Shown piece after piece: positions 1 to 11,442 of a stretch of 64,000 bases of DNA (its first letter is position 1; the number at the start of each line of letters is the position of its first letter). Under the pieces are notes generated by a model that saw only the letters and a list, made by a program, of their open reading frames with translations, searched no databases and was not told the origin of the DNA. Position numbers and translations under genes: made by a program. Location: contig BDGG01000021.1 in NCBI GenBank assembly GCA_001949185.1, forward strand, positions 210,817 through 274,816. The letters run 5' to 3'. Source of the DNA: Ramazzottius varieornatus (Eukaryota; Animalia; Tardigrada).

Positions 1-64
1 AGAATACTTGAGAGACTAGACTAGAGAGAACAGATCTGTGGAGTAAAAACGCCGCGAAAATACA

Positions 65-125
65 CTATAGAGATTATAGAGAATGCGAGCGAAAGCGCAC
101 TAGCACAATTGAATACGTACAGAAA
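65..125. repeat. Dispersed repeat, inverted copy of about 4705-4760
   Basis: GCGAGCGAAAGCGCACTAGCACAAT (86-110) matches the reverse complement of ATTGTGCTAGTGCGCTCTCGCTCGC (4721-4745) with one mismatch. Confidence 0.6.
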
Positions 126-395
126 TTTGGAAATTTGGAATTTTATTAGCCTCGACAATTCAGTCGACGACCTCCCCGATGTTAAGAGGATCAAAGTCTA
201 CTCAGCACGATGATGGAAAAAGTTACAGTAACCAAAACAGAGTCACCAGGTTGATGAGGAACGAGTATCGTTATAAAGATCGATCCTTCAGGTTCAAGAC
301 AACAAATAGATCCGTTTGGAGTGCCAGCTAGAGAGACTAAGGTCGGGAGCACAACAGGAAGGGGAGCACTCTCGTACAGAGAAATTTCTGAGCCG

Positions 396-858
396 TAATG
401 ATGAGCATTACACGCAGATGGTCCGTGTAATGTAAAATGTAATGTAAAGTGTAATGTAAAATAGTGTAATTGTAAAAGTGTAATTACATTTACACTAGTT
501 TACATTTTACAGACCGAGCGGTTTGCAACGCCTAAAAGTGACAAGAAGCGACGAAAACGACGACCAGCCATGTCTATGTTTGCATAGGATATAGATCTTA
601 GTAATTGTCTTCCAGACAAAGATAAAAATACGGTTGCAAAATGACCATACTCAGGAAGTTTCTGACATTTTTCCGCTAAGTCAGCCCAATTTTATATTTC
701 TGGCAGCAAAATACTCAAAAATACCGCAGATTCTGGCAGGTAGAAGTTGTAACTACATTTTGCATTTACATTACAACTTCCCCGTGGTTGTAATGTCGTG
801 TAAAAGTGTAATTGTAATGTAAAATGTAATGTAATGTAAAATGTAATGCTCATCATTA
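396..858. mobile_element. Non-autonomous hAT MITE (family A)
   Basis: Perfect 17-bp TIR TAATGATGAGCATTACA and an 8-bp TSD CTGAGCCG (388-395, 859-866). It has TGTAA-rich subterminal repeats and interrupts the left TIR of the host element. Confidence 0.92.
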
Positions 859-1259
859 CTGAGCCGCTGCCCAGATCCCTTCCTAGAGAAAATCTTGAGC
901 GATCGTCCGACTTCGGAAATCGTTTTGCATGTTTTGATTGACAGGATTTGCTCTTGGTCATCCCGCCATCGGGGATATTTTTCTTGATTGTCCGCACGCT
1001 ACAGACCAACCCGCCCACCGTGGACTTTGGACTCTGACGTCAGTCAACCTGTTTTGAAAGTTTTGTCCCATACTTCCGCGTTTTACATCGGGTACCACAG
1101 CAAGCGTCCAAGCCGTCCGTAGTCTTTACAGGAAAATTTCTACGTTGTAATAAGGGTTCGGCTAATTTATGGTAATGGGGGATAATTATTTTCTTTGAAT
1201 GTACAAAGTATTACGGGCGTGGGACGAATTTCGCAATTAAGCGGGACACGGTAAAAACA

Positions 1260-3229
1260 CTAAAACGGAAGCAAAGCTAGGTCATTGTCATCGTCAAGAT
1301 CTTGATCCAGGGGCTCCAGGTCTCCGCCCTCTTCAGCAACGTCCTCATCGGCTTGCTCGTCACCAACTTCCTCAATGCGGTCTTCCTTTGTGTCGATATC
1401 CCAGTAGTCATCCTCAAGCTTGATGCAATGGGCGAAGAGCTTGGGGAAGTCTTCTGGCTTGAAGATATCAGCAGATTCTTCCCCCAGCTTGATCAGGTCC
1501 GGCAGCTTTCTGGTGGTGTTTTGCTTGGCGACATATCCTTTGCGGCGGACCCAGTATTTTTCAATCGGGCTGAAGTCACAGTGGTAGGGCGGCAGACGAA
1601 CTGTCTCGATGCCTTCTTCGGTCTTCAAATAGTCATCCATGTAGTATCTGTCGCCCACGTGATTTTTCAGAAAGTCCGTCACCTTCCGCCACCCTCCGCC
1701 ACAGCTCGGCCACCAGTTCCCGCGCACCGAACTCGATCCTATGGTCAGTCAGCCACTGCTGGATTTCTTTCTTCACTCTCTTGGATCTTCTGAACTGTGG
1801 CATCAAGCGGGAATGATAACTTGCGTTATCCAGCACGATCACAACCGTGTCATATCCGTGGAGCCGAGCGAATTCTTTCAAACGGGGAACCACCACCTCC
1901 TTCATGAACCTAAAACCATAACAGCCAGAATTTATCATGACGTCATCGAAAACTTGAAGCATTGGCATTCTGTCACGGTACGAGTTTCATCACAAATTCT
2001 TTCACTATGAGAAAGACCCAGTCGACATCTTCATTTCGTCTGCTCTGACCGGAAAGATCCAGCCAATGGTCTGCGAGATATACTCAAAAAACTCAATTCT
2101 GACCTACCTTTTTCTACTTTTCTCAAAATCAAGCCACTTGATTGACCTGGTGCAACGAGCAAATCTCTTCCGAATGAAAAGACCATCAAAACACATCATA
2201 CAACATTTGATTTGACAGACTGGCTTACTTCTCGTAGTTCTGGTAGTTGAAATTCCCGTGGTAGTCCCCAGTGTGCTTTGAGGCTTTCCAGATAAGTCCA
2301 CATCCGGGAACGAATCCCCTATCCGTCACCACGTCGAAAATGACCAGACGTTTTCCCGATCCACTTGGATGCGACTGTCCGCAGTCCTCGCACAGGATTT
2401 CGGCTGTGCCGGTGGATTTTTCTTTGTCGAGTTCGATCCAACTCTTGCGAAACTGGTAGATCTCGTTTAACCAAGTCTCATCTAGGGAGGCAATCAGGGC
2501 AGTCTTCTGTCAAAACTGACGAACCGCTCGGATGTAACGGATACGCCTGACTTTGAGGCTTGGGTCACCAAACAGGTGTTTAGTGGACCGATCCCGATAT
2601 CGGAAGCCCATTCGACGTAACACACGATACATCGTGGATTTCGACACCTTAATACCGACTTTCTCCTCCACCAATGGCAGTAGAGATTCCACCGTGACGT
2701 GTATCTTAATCTTGTACTCCCGGTGAATGATCGCACGAATTTTCCCGTATTCCGACTCCTTCAACAAGTGCCGACCGACGCCCGCGACACCCTCCATTTC
2801 TTCCGCCTCGACAACCGGGTCCAAGGTTTCATCTACGTCATCTTCCGGAACGGTGTTGCTCTCGACTGCAGTTCCGCTCGGTGGACCAGTTATCAAATCC
2901 CAGTTCGTAGTGATGTTCTGGATGGTGCGTGGACTTCGCTGGCACAGATGCGCGATTGCCTTACGGCGACCTGCCAGAGTGGTCAGAGTATATTTATTCG
3001 ACCCAAAAAACGACTGACCCAGCACTTTCCATAAATGAGCAATATGCCTCACATCCACGGGATACAGAGAAGAACTGGAAGACATCTCCCAGCTTCCTGT
3101 TAGTTTTGTCAGACTACGGTATACGCTATTGTAGAATACTGTGGTGCATTTGAAAACTGAGGAGACGGTTTTCGCTTGTGTTTGATGGAAGCTCTTATCT
3201 CTCCAGTTTTTTCCTTGCTGACTCTTCAT
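1260..3229 (-). pseudogene. DDE transposase pseudogene (HTH + LDETW...LDNASYHS...LPPYHCDFSPIE)
   Basis: ORFs 2510-3229 (HTH-like SKSTMYRVLRRMGFRY), 1633-1968 (VIVLDNASYHSR) and 1260-1727 (RLPPYHCDFSPIEKYW). An in-frame TGA at about 2510 lies just before LDETW, there is a +10 frameshift at 1685-1702, and a probable intron at about 1912-2228. Confidence 0.85.
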
Positions 3230-3693
3230 ACTTTCCAGCTGTGATAGGAGAAGACAACAGAGAAGTTGTCTCGACTCTATCGTTTTCCAACGTGCAGCAT
3301 GAAGGTCAGATGCCAGAAGGCCGATAAGAATATCGTTTGTGCCGGTACCTTTTACAATTCACGCACGCAACAGATTTCATTTTTTGCCTGCTGACGTCAG
3401 AGTCCAAAGACCACGGTGGGCGGGTTGGTCTGTAACGTGCGGACAATCAAGAAAAATATCCCCGATGGCGGGATGACCAAGAGCAAATCCTGTCAATCAA
3501 AACATGCAAAACGATTTCCGAAGTCGGACGATCGCTCAAGATTTTTCTAGGAAGGGATCTGGGCAGCGGGTCAGAAATTTCTCTGTACGAGAGTGCTCCC
3601 CTCCCTGTTGTGATCCCGACCTTAAAGGAGAGTTTATAACGCACAGCGAGAAAATTTGGTTAGCCATTCGGTTCACAGTTATGGACCGAACTT

Positions 3694-4605
3694 TCAAGGA
3701 GTGACGCTGATGTTGGACGACCGGTTCTCAGCTTTCAGGACAAGGTCCACATCGTTAAAGAAGACACCGATGCGACCGATCGTGGAAGACTTAGTGTCGT
3801 CAAGGCCAACAGGAACTATCCGGACGAAGCGAGGCTTCACTCCGATGCCTTGCAGGTAATCTTTCAGTTGTTCAGCGGTTACGTGTCTCGGGACACCCCG
3901 AATGGCGAAGTCACGATCCGGCGGCCCCTTGGCTCGCAGCGGGGTGGCTGTTATACTTTCTTTATCAGCCTTCTTCGTACCTCTTACAACAACGCGGGTT
4001 GCCGTTCGCCGGACAGCAGGGTTCTGGGATGGTTGGGATCTCCGCGCAGCAACGGTAGCAAAGGTTGGAGTGGTGATAGCCTTGACTGGGGAAACTATGG
4101 GCGTTGCGGTGGCGGTAGCCTGGGTCATACTGAGGACACTAGCCTTGGTGGCAGGAAACTCATATGGCGGGACAGGCAGCCGTTGGGGGATATTTTCCAG
4201 CAAGGACTATCTTCCCGAGATGGATTCCTGGCTTACCTGTAGAGCTTTGACGGTCTTCTGAAGCTCCAGCTTGTCTTCCTGTAGGGATTCCACGAGGCTC
4301 TCCAGGCGGCTGATCTGCTCAGCTTGGTATCTAAGGTGTTCCATGGGCTGGTACATTTGGATCGGCCATATCCGCTTGAATTCCTCTCGACAATGATGCC
4401 CCAATACTTCAGCCATCCCTTCCATGGGCGTGTTGTATCTTTTCAGGAGCTCGTCCTCGGTCCCGACACAAGATAGCTTCATAAATTTCAGATTTGCTAC
4501 CAGCTGCTCTTCCGAAGGAGCAGATGGATTCGCCATAGCAGATAGATAACGGTTGATTGTTGATTGATCAGAAAAGCACGGAGTTAAATAAATGTTACAA
4601 TTCAT
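3694..4605 (-). pseudogene. Non-LTR retrotransposon (LINE) ORF1-like remnant
   Basis: Two same-frame ORFs (4207-4605, 3694-4203) are separated by one TAG. A coiled coil (LESLVESLQEDKLELQKTVKALQ) is followed by an RRM-like segment (DFAIRGVPRHVTAEQLKDYL), the typical LINE ORF1p layout. Confidence 0.6.
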
Positions 4606-6480
4606 TGAACACCACCAAACATCGTGACATCATACATATAAACATTGTGCGACTCTTTCAACACAGAGCCTACGAGACGAACTTGTTCCTTTGATGTCAC
4701 GATGCTCCTGTGCGTATCGGATTGTGCTAGTGCGCTCTCGCTCGCAATCTGTATAGGTCTAATTATGGGATACTATGACCAGGGTGCTTGACATCACAAG
4801 CTGTCGGAAGTCAGCACTGTCGAGCTGCTTATGCTAAAACGAGCAGCCAGGACTGGTTGTCAATCAACTCAGCAGTGCTCGATTTAGCATAATCAACCTC
4901 ACGTTCTGGCAGCAATCAACAGAATCAAAGGTGCAGCACGATGTTCAGCAGCTCGTCAGTGCAGTCTACAGTGTTTCAAACGCTATATGTTACGCTACCC
5001 TGTAAATCTGGTCGAACGTCGTTCGGAAACTCAAATGAAATGCTCTATCGGCGTTCGCAGATCGTGCCTCCAAATAATAGGTACAAATGGGATCAGAGTT
5101 GCCCAATAACTTAGTGAAGTACCACGTATAGTGCTCACAAGCCACTGTACGAGGGATCGGTTCTCCACTAGTCCAACAAGAAAAGCGAACTGAAGTTTAT
5201 TCAGACTAGCGTCGGTCTTTCTCCTGGGATGTCCACGAGCGACAGTCTTCGTCTCTGAATTCACATTCCCAAACACTGATAGGTAAAAGTCACTGACGAG
5301 CTCCACTACACCTCCGCGAAATAGGGGCAATGCTGAGCTTTCTACATACGGTACACCACATATCACACAATAAACACTGCAATTCGTCTTCTGGGTACTT
5401 CAAGCTGGTCAGACTCTAAACTCTCAGGATATGCGGATCACCCGGAGGCAGATCAGGCGTGCATTTTATCCTGTACGACCGAGGATCGTCTGGCCGATAC
5501 ACTGCAACAGAGAATTCGAAGATCAGTGTACAAACATCTTTTCCCCCATCATTCTATCCACGCAATGCACTTGATTCGGAAAATTTCAATACGACAAAAG
5601 GGAGAAGCCAATGTTTACCTGTGTAAGTAGGTTTGTAAGCCTTGACGATGGAATTTGGATGATGGTACTCGTTCACAAGTTTGTAAACCCCCAATGGAAC
5701 TCCTAAACAGAGCAGGTAGGTTATCTCCTGAAGGCACATTCCCCTCGCAAAGTCGCAGTTTCACCCCTGCGCAAGACAAATGATACAGATCGATACATAC
5801 CAACGACAGTAGCCAGTAAGGCCGTGTATGCAATCTCGGGATACAAGATAAACAGCCTCTTCACTTGAAAGGCAATGAAGGGTACTACAAAGAAAAGGAT
5901 GACCGATTAAAGGTTTACTGTATTCGACAGGGATGCTCCCCCTTCGAGATTCTGAAATCTACTTACATCGCGCGGACATCCTGATGCTTCTGATGAGAGT
6001 TATCAGTCAGACGTCGTCCACTAACAACAGCCGTAGAAGATGAAGTATTCAAAATCTTGTTAGGAGGCAGTCAAGCCGAATTGGTTCGTCGAAGGAATGC
6101 GATCAGGAAACCTGCTAACTTCACTTCCAGCCTCCGCGTGGTTCCTAAAAAAAGATTTCCCGCAATCCAGCTCTGTCCAGGCTTCCGTCTTCGACTCTTC
6201 GTGTCCTTCCACTTGGAGATTCCAGTACTGTGTGAAGCACGGAGAAGATCTTAGACTCCTGAAAACTTTTTCTTCGATAGAAGCTCTAAAAGACTCGGTC
6301 TTAATGTCTTACAAGGGGATTATGGCTGTCCCGACTTTCCGATAGTCAAACCGACCCGGCCGAACGATAGAAAAAAGTCTCTTCTACAATCTGAGGTAGG
6401 TAGGTAAATCCCCCGACGATCCTGGAATGAACTACAGGACTGGGAAATTAAAGTCCATTGACCGCTCCAGTCTTGAGCGA

Positions 6481-6663
6481 TGACGTAAAGCTTTTTGATT
6501 GCGGGTGTTGATTGAGGACACTGAAAACAAGCCGCTCAGCTGATCAACAGGATAACCGAGCAGCGTGCCAACACTGACTGAAGATGCCCGATAGCACACC
6601 ATCCAGTTCTAATCTGACAGAACAGCTGATCGACCGAGTTGTTCAATCAAAAAGCTTACGTCA
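6481..6663. repeat. Short foldback / degenerate MITE
   Basis: About 20-bp inverted repeats TGACGTAAAGCTTTTTGATTG (6481-6501) and CAATCAAAAAGCTTACGTCA (6644-6663). No TSD is visible. Confidence 0.5.
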
Positions 6664-6867
6664 CTGCTGTAGTTTAGGTTCGTCACTTCTGGGTCCTGTA
6701 GTTTATTCCAGGATCATCAGGGGATTTAGCTCCGTAGCTTATACAAAGAAGAGACTCTCTTCTATCGTTTTGCCGGGACGGTTTGACTAATGACTATAGG
6801 CAAGTCGGGACAGGCATAATTCCCTTGTTAGACTTAAAGTTAGAAACATCCAAAATCCCGTTGACAT

Positions 6868-7061
6868 GAGGATCTAAAAATGACTGAAATATTATAATAT
6901 ATTATAATAAGAACCCAGCGACGCGAGTTAATATCTTAATATTGTATTAGATGCTCTGCGGTCGGGGCATATCGTATTAAGATTATATGAGAACTCCGGC
7001 AGCCCGGGCTTATTAAATTAAGATTATATTAGGTCGCGATACCTTTATGCCAATATCACTA
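6868..7061. mobile_element. Right-end fragment of hAT MITE family B
   Basis: Clear similarity to 35908-36080 (TATAATAAGAACCCAGCGACGC...GGCAGCCCGGGCTTATT...ATGCCAAYATCACTA terminus). Confidence 0.8.
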
Positions 7062-7196
7062 ATTCATATGCCAAGTCGCCGACTTATCAGCTGACTCAAA
7101 AGCCAAAAAAGGAGCAGCGGGCAGAGTAGATCAGTAAGGCGGGGCTAGTATGAGAAGTATGAAGGGAGAACGGAATGGAATTGCCTTTAGTCGGCC

Positions 7197-10100
7197 TATT
7201 GATGTTCTACTCGGGCAAAATGGCATCTAATATACTATTACTTACTATTCGCCATCAGTTTGAGTTCTACTTAATTGCTACTTAATATAGTAAAACTTCC
7301 GCCTGATCTAATTTACTTTACTATAGTAACTTCCGTTTAATCTCCGTAGTAAAATATATTTTACTATTGAAAGCAAAGTTTCAGATCTTAGTAACAAGCC
7401 GCACTGGGTAACAAATTACGAACCGCATACAAATGTTACCGGGAGAACAGAGACCTTAGTCATCGAGATCGGGCAAATACTCTGTATTTCGCAAAGAAAG
7501 TATTTTTCTTTCGAGATTGTGGCCGGCTAGTCTGTTTCCTTTCCCCATTGTTGCAGCTGAGCCAATGGAAAAAACTCTTTCCGGTGCACTCGAAGCAGCC
7601 GGTATGGCTAGAATGTCCAAAGCCACACGGCTCAGTAGAGGGAACTTTCCCGCATTCTGTATCCAGAAGAGCTCTGGATTGTCATCAGTATTATCTTCCG
7701 TACTAGCAGGTAGACTGATATAAGTTTGGATTTCCAAATCAAACGGCGAATTATGAGGTGCGACCTCCAAACTTGCAGCGACGAAAAAGTCCAAGTCATC
7801 GTCAGTGTTGAACTTGGAGGTGACATTCGGATCAGCAGGTTCAGGGAGTATGTCTGAGCAAAGAAAGTTTAGAATTTAGCGATAAACAAATTAAACTAAT
7901 CAGCTGAACGGTCGAACGTGTACCTGGAATGTTTTGTTCGTACCAATCACTGCTCTTTAGTGCGAGCCATCTGGAAGCAAGGCTCGCCACCCGATGTGGC
8001 AGAGGCGCAGTTTCTTGTGAAGAAAGGTGCTCGCAATGTACACTGCATCAAACTTCGGATCACGTTCATTGATCACGTATCCCAACACGCGAGATATTTC
8101 TGATTCCATCGCCAATATGACCTACAAAATACAAAAGCCTTTGCAACTTAACGAAAAGAATCGAAACGAGTATAAAACGTTAATACCAAAAACAGATCAC
8201 ATAGCGCACAAGAACACCTACTTGATCGAACGGGTTATCGAGGTGGAAGCTAGAGAAGTCCAGCTTTGATAATGCATCACGGATGCATTCCAAATGTCGA
8301 ACCAGCCCGTTGATGTAGAAGTGGACCCGATGAATAGTTGCCTCCTTGTCAGCGCTCAGCTTATCCGTAACCTGCAATCGGAAAGAAACATCGGCATACA
8401 AATTCGATTGTAAATGTCTAGCCACAGCTGTACTGTGACACGTACAGTGTTAAATTTGTCCAATAGTTTTATTATATGTCTGATGATAACCCATTCTCCC
8501 GGTGTAAGACCTGGAATCTACAGGTGCCGTGCCATGATTTCTTTTACAGAATCCTGTACTAGATCCAGGCGCTTAAGAAACAGCAAAGTTGAATTCCATC
8601 GATTTGAGACATCAGCAATCAAAGTCAGGTTCGTGGCTTTGATGAGTTCGCCGGTAGCAACGGTGGACATTCTGATTGTCTTCAATATGACTCGGGCTTT
8701 CCTGATGATGGGCTTCAGCGTCTCGTCTTTCTCAAATACACGAACAGCCGTCTGCAAACGATGGATAGTACAGCTGTGGCGCTTAATACTGAAAAGCGAA
8801 AAAAATACGTTATCATTCAGTTGGTGAAGTAGGATCACATGCCTAACTTCTAGATGTTTATAAGATTTATGGCTCTGAAATGGAAAACATTACCTTCCGT
8901 CGAACTCCCTGTCGCACTGCTCTTCAAACTGCATGTATTCGTCAACTTCTTCTACTACATTGGCCTCTTCTGTGTCACCTTAGGTCACTGTTACACCCTC
9001 TTCATCCTCGTCCGATTCGTTATGACTGTCTGAACCATTTGAGTCAACGAAGGCTTTGAAAGCGGCTACCATGTTCGATCCGTTGTCGGTCACTATGGCG
9101 GATATCTTGGAGGTGCAATATCCCATTCAGCCACAATATCCATTGTAAGTTTAAACAGCCGAGCAGCAGTGTGTGGAGGTGGAAAGGTGCGACAAGCCAG
9201 TGTCATTCGTCGCATAACTTTGGCGTGAGGATCGTACAGGCGAGCAGTCATTCCAAGTTTGGATTCAGTCATTCCACGCTTCGTCCAAATATCTGTAATG
9301 AAATAAGTACACGTGAAACATTAACGAATGTTAATTTTGTCAAATGAACCTTCGAAGGAGAACAGTCCTACCTGCTGACAAGGAAATCTTTCGAGCACGA
9401 CGCAGTATAAATTTCATGTTGGTCAGCAGCTGCTTGTAGACTTTGTCCATCTCGGTATTCACAGCTTTTCTACCGAACGCAGGCGATCGAGGGTCATGTT
9501 TCATGAAGACACGTTGAGTCGCAGGATTGGCACAGAGTGTTGGCGTCGCGGTGGTACGTAAACACCACAATGCACGTTCGCGTAGGACAGCTCGATATCT
9601 GCAATAAGGAACGAAATGCGATGAATAGATGAATTATCAGTCACCAGCAAGCAACAGAAAAATGAAATCAATCTTACTTGAAACTTCCCTCCTCGTACGG
9701 ATGTGAAGACTCAAAGCTGAGTTTAGGCTGGATCATCGTCACGCTTGATTCCTGCTGCTTGCTTTTCTTGACATCTTTGCGACATTTCTCCTGCTCTTCA
9801 TATTTTCCATAAGCCTGAGGATGATGATTTCTGAGGTGAGCCACAGCATTTCCAGTGTTACCGGCAGGCTTGACTTCATGGAGGCAGTATTGGCATGTAC
9901 GACTACCTATCTCGACATCTTCGGTGTAGTGTTGCCATACTGCAGATGCTCTCTTGGGGCCACCAAGTCGTTTGCGCTTCACGTTAGCAACCGAAGACGA
10001 TATTGATGAGCACTGAGGACTAGGAACAGGCGGATCATCATCCGCAGAGTCCGAAACGTCATCATCAGTAATGTTGGTCACTGCTGGGCTGACTACGGCT

Positions 10101-10679
10101 TCCTTGGTGGGAGCAGAAAATTTTCCATTGCGTTGTGTCTTCCCTTTGGTCGGTAAAGGCATGGCTGATGAGTAGCTATGGGATAGGTCCTACCTAATCA
10201 TAAGCAAACTAGAAGGACGCAAAAAAAAACTAGCCGATCGTTCCATATTGAGCTTTCAGCAAAACACAAATAATTCGAATCTCCGCCATCACGCACCGGC
10301 AAACCGTCAATCCAGCTCGTCTAAGGAGTACAGAGTATGTAGGCGCATGGCCATCTTGTGTTAGCCCTACGAAGCCAACTTCTGCTGACATAGGGGCGGG
10401 ATATGCGGTGTGCGCTGTCTTCTGGGCGTTGCCCCAGATATCAGGGCGCCTACTATAGTACGTCAGTGCGCGCTTCAGACGTATTATACTATATTTTAAT
10501 ATCGTAAACGCTTGATCGAATGTTACTATAATATCTCGGTTTCCGTTGTGACTTACTTTACTATTAATTTTCTGTGTCGCAGTCCAGTGCATTCACTTAA
10601 TATTACTTACTATAGTATATGCTAAAAGCATCTACTTTCACATACTTTAATATACTTTTACTATAGTAGAACATCACTA
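7197..10679 (-). mobile_element. hAT DNA transposon, full length, decayed
   Basis: TIRs TATTGATGTTCTACT / AGTAGAACATCACTA, a perfect 8-bp TSD AGTCGGCC (7189-7196, 10680-10687), and TTACTATAGTA-type subterminal repeats at both ends. Confidence 0.93.
7456..10162 (-). pseudogene. hAT transposase (BED zinc finger, DDE, dimerisation domain), multi-exon, disrupted
   Basis: BED finger AVWQHY..CQYC..HLRNHH, motifs TDIWT, VTDNGSNM, CxxH (CTIHRLQ) and DVSNRWNST, and C-terminal ALDILAIPAASSAPERVFS. An in-frame TAA at about 8980 and a frameshift at about 9110 disrupt it. Confidence 0.88.
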
Positions 10680-11442
10680 AGTCGGCCAATCAAGATTGTC
10701 AAAGTTAGAGGTTCTGTGAGTTGATTGGTCGTCTACGGATATTCTCTATATCATACCCCGCTCCCTATGATATCATCTGGCCACGCCTTACTGATCTACT
10801 CTGCCCACTGCTCAAATTTTCCTGACATAATCGCCGCTCGCCGGCCGCAGTCCCCATATTCGACGGTTTTCGAGTTTCGACCTGGTGTTTTTCCGGGTCA
10901 ACCCAATTTACGCCATTGGCTGTCCGGGTTACTCGAGGTTTAGCCGTTTAGGCTTTAGCACGGGGACAAGTAGTTACAGCACCGTGCCCCCCGTCCCCCT
11001 CTGGCCGTTGCTTTGCTGCGCCGGCCGAAGCCCGGGGATATTTGAAGATTCGCTGGAGGAATACCTTTCGCCTTTGTACCGAGGTTACAATCAATTGAAT
11101 ACCACGAATCAAGGTTAGCACTCGGGTCTGAAGTAATATCAGACTACCGAAGTCTTTTTCGGCTCTCCCGTAGAAATGAAAAATGTCCGCTTTTGCGTTT
11201 TATCTTGTGCTTGATAACCTTCCATGTTTGTAGAATGTAGATTATTACATGTCAGAAGACCATCGCACTGACATATCGGGAGCATTGTCCGAGTTTGGTG
11301 GATAGTGTGGAGAGGGCGGCCGGGGGGTACGTGAAGCCGTGGCTCATTGGAGTACAGTGGCACTTTAAGTTATAATGGGATAAAGCAGCCCCAGCGTCGA
11401 TCCTAAAGAACGCATAGAACTGACAAAAGCCAACAACCGGAA

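Larger units (their letters stand above)
340..3622 (-). mobile_element. IS630-Tc1-mariner DNA transposon, long-spacer (about DD85E, Sailor-like), decayed
   Basis: About 232-bp TIRs: the left is 340-1043 (interrupted by a MITE) and the right is 3391-3622, with ends AGGTCGGG...CCCGACCT. TA flanks both ends (338-339, 3623-3624). The element encodes transposase motifs on the - strand. Confidence 0.88.
7112..10813. mobile_element. Older TIR element / MITE split by the hAT insertion
   Basis: GAGCAGCGGGCAGAGTAGATCAGTAAGGC (7112-7140) is the inverted repeat of 10785-10813 with one mismatch. The hAT element sits between the arms. Confidence 0.6.

Noticed and set aside
150-337. Possible continuation of LINE ORF2 (APE) beyond the Tc1-like insertion
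   Set aside because: Only vague motif hints across different frames, with many stops.
1302-1793. Long antisense or alternate-frame ORFs (also 3850-4261, 18870-19397, 27673-28215, 48204-48779)
   Set aside because: They are shadows of real coding sequence on the opposite strand, with no independent motifs.
4780-5002. CAGGGT...ACCCTG-bounded segment as a MITE
   Set aside because: The inverted match is under 10 bp and there is no TSD.
5031-6460. Short ORFs that might be a decayed RT or transposase (e.g. KAYKPTYTGK resembling Penelope YRKPT)
   Set aside because: No coherent motif series in any frame; it cannot be assigned by eye.
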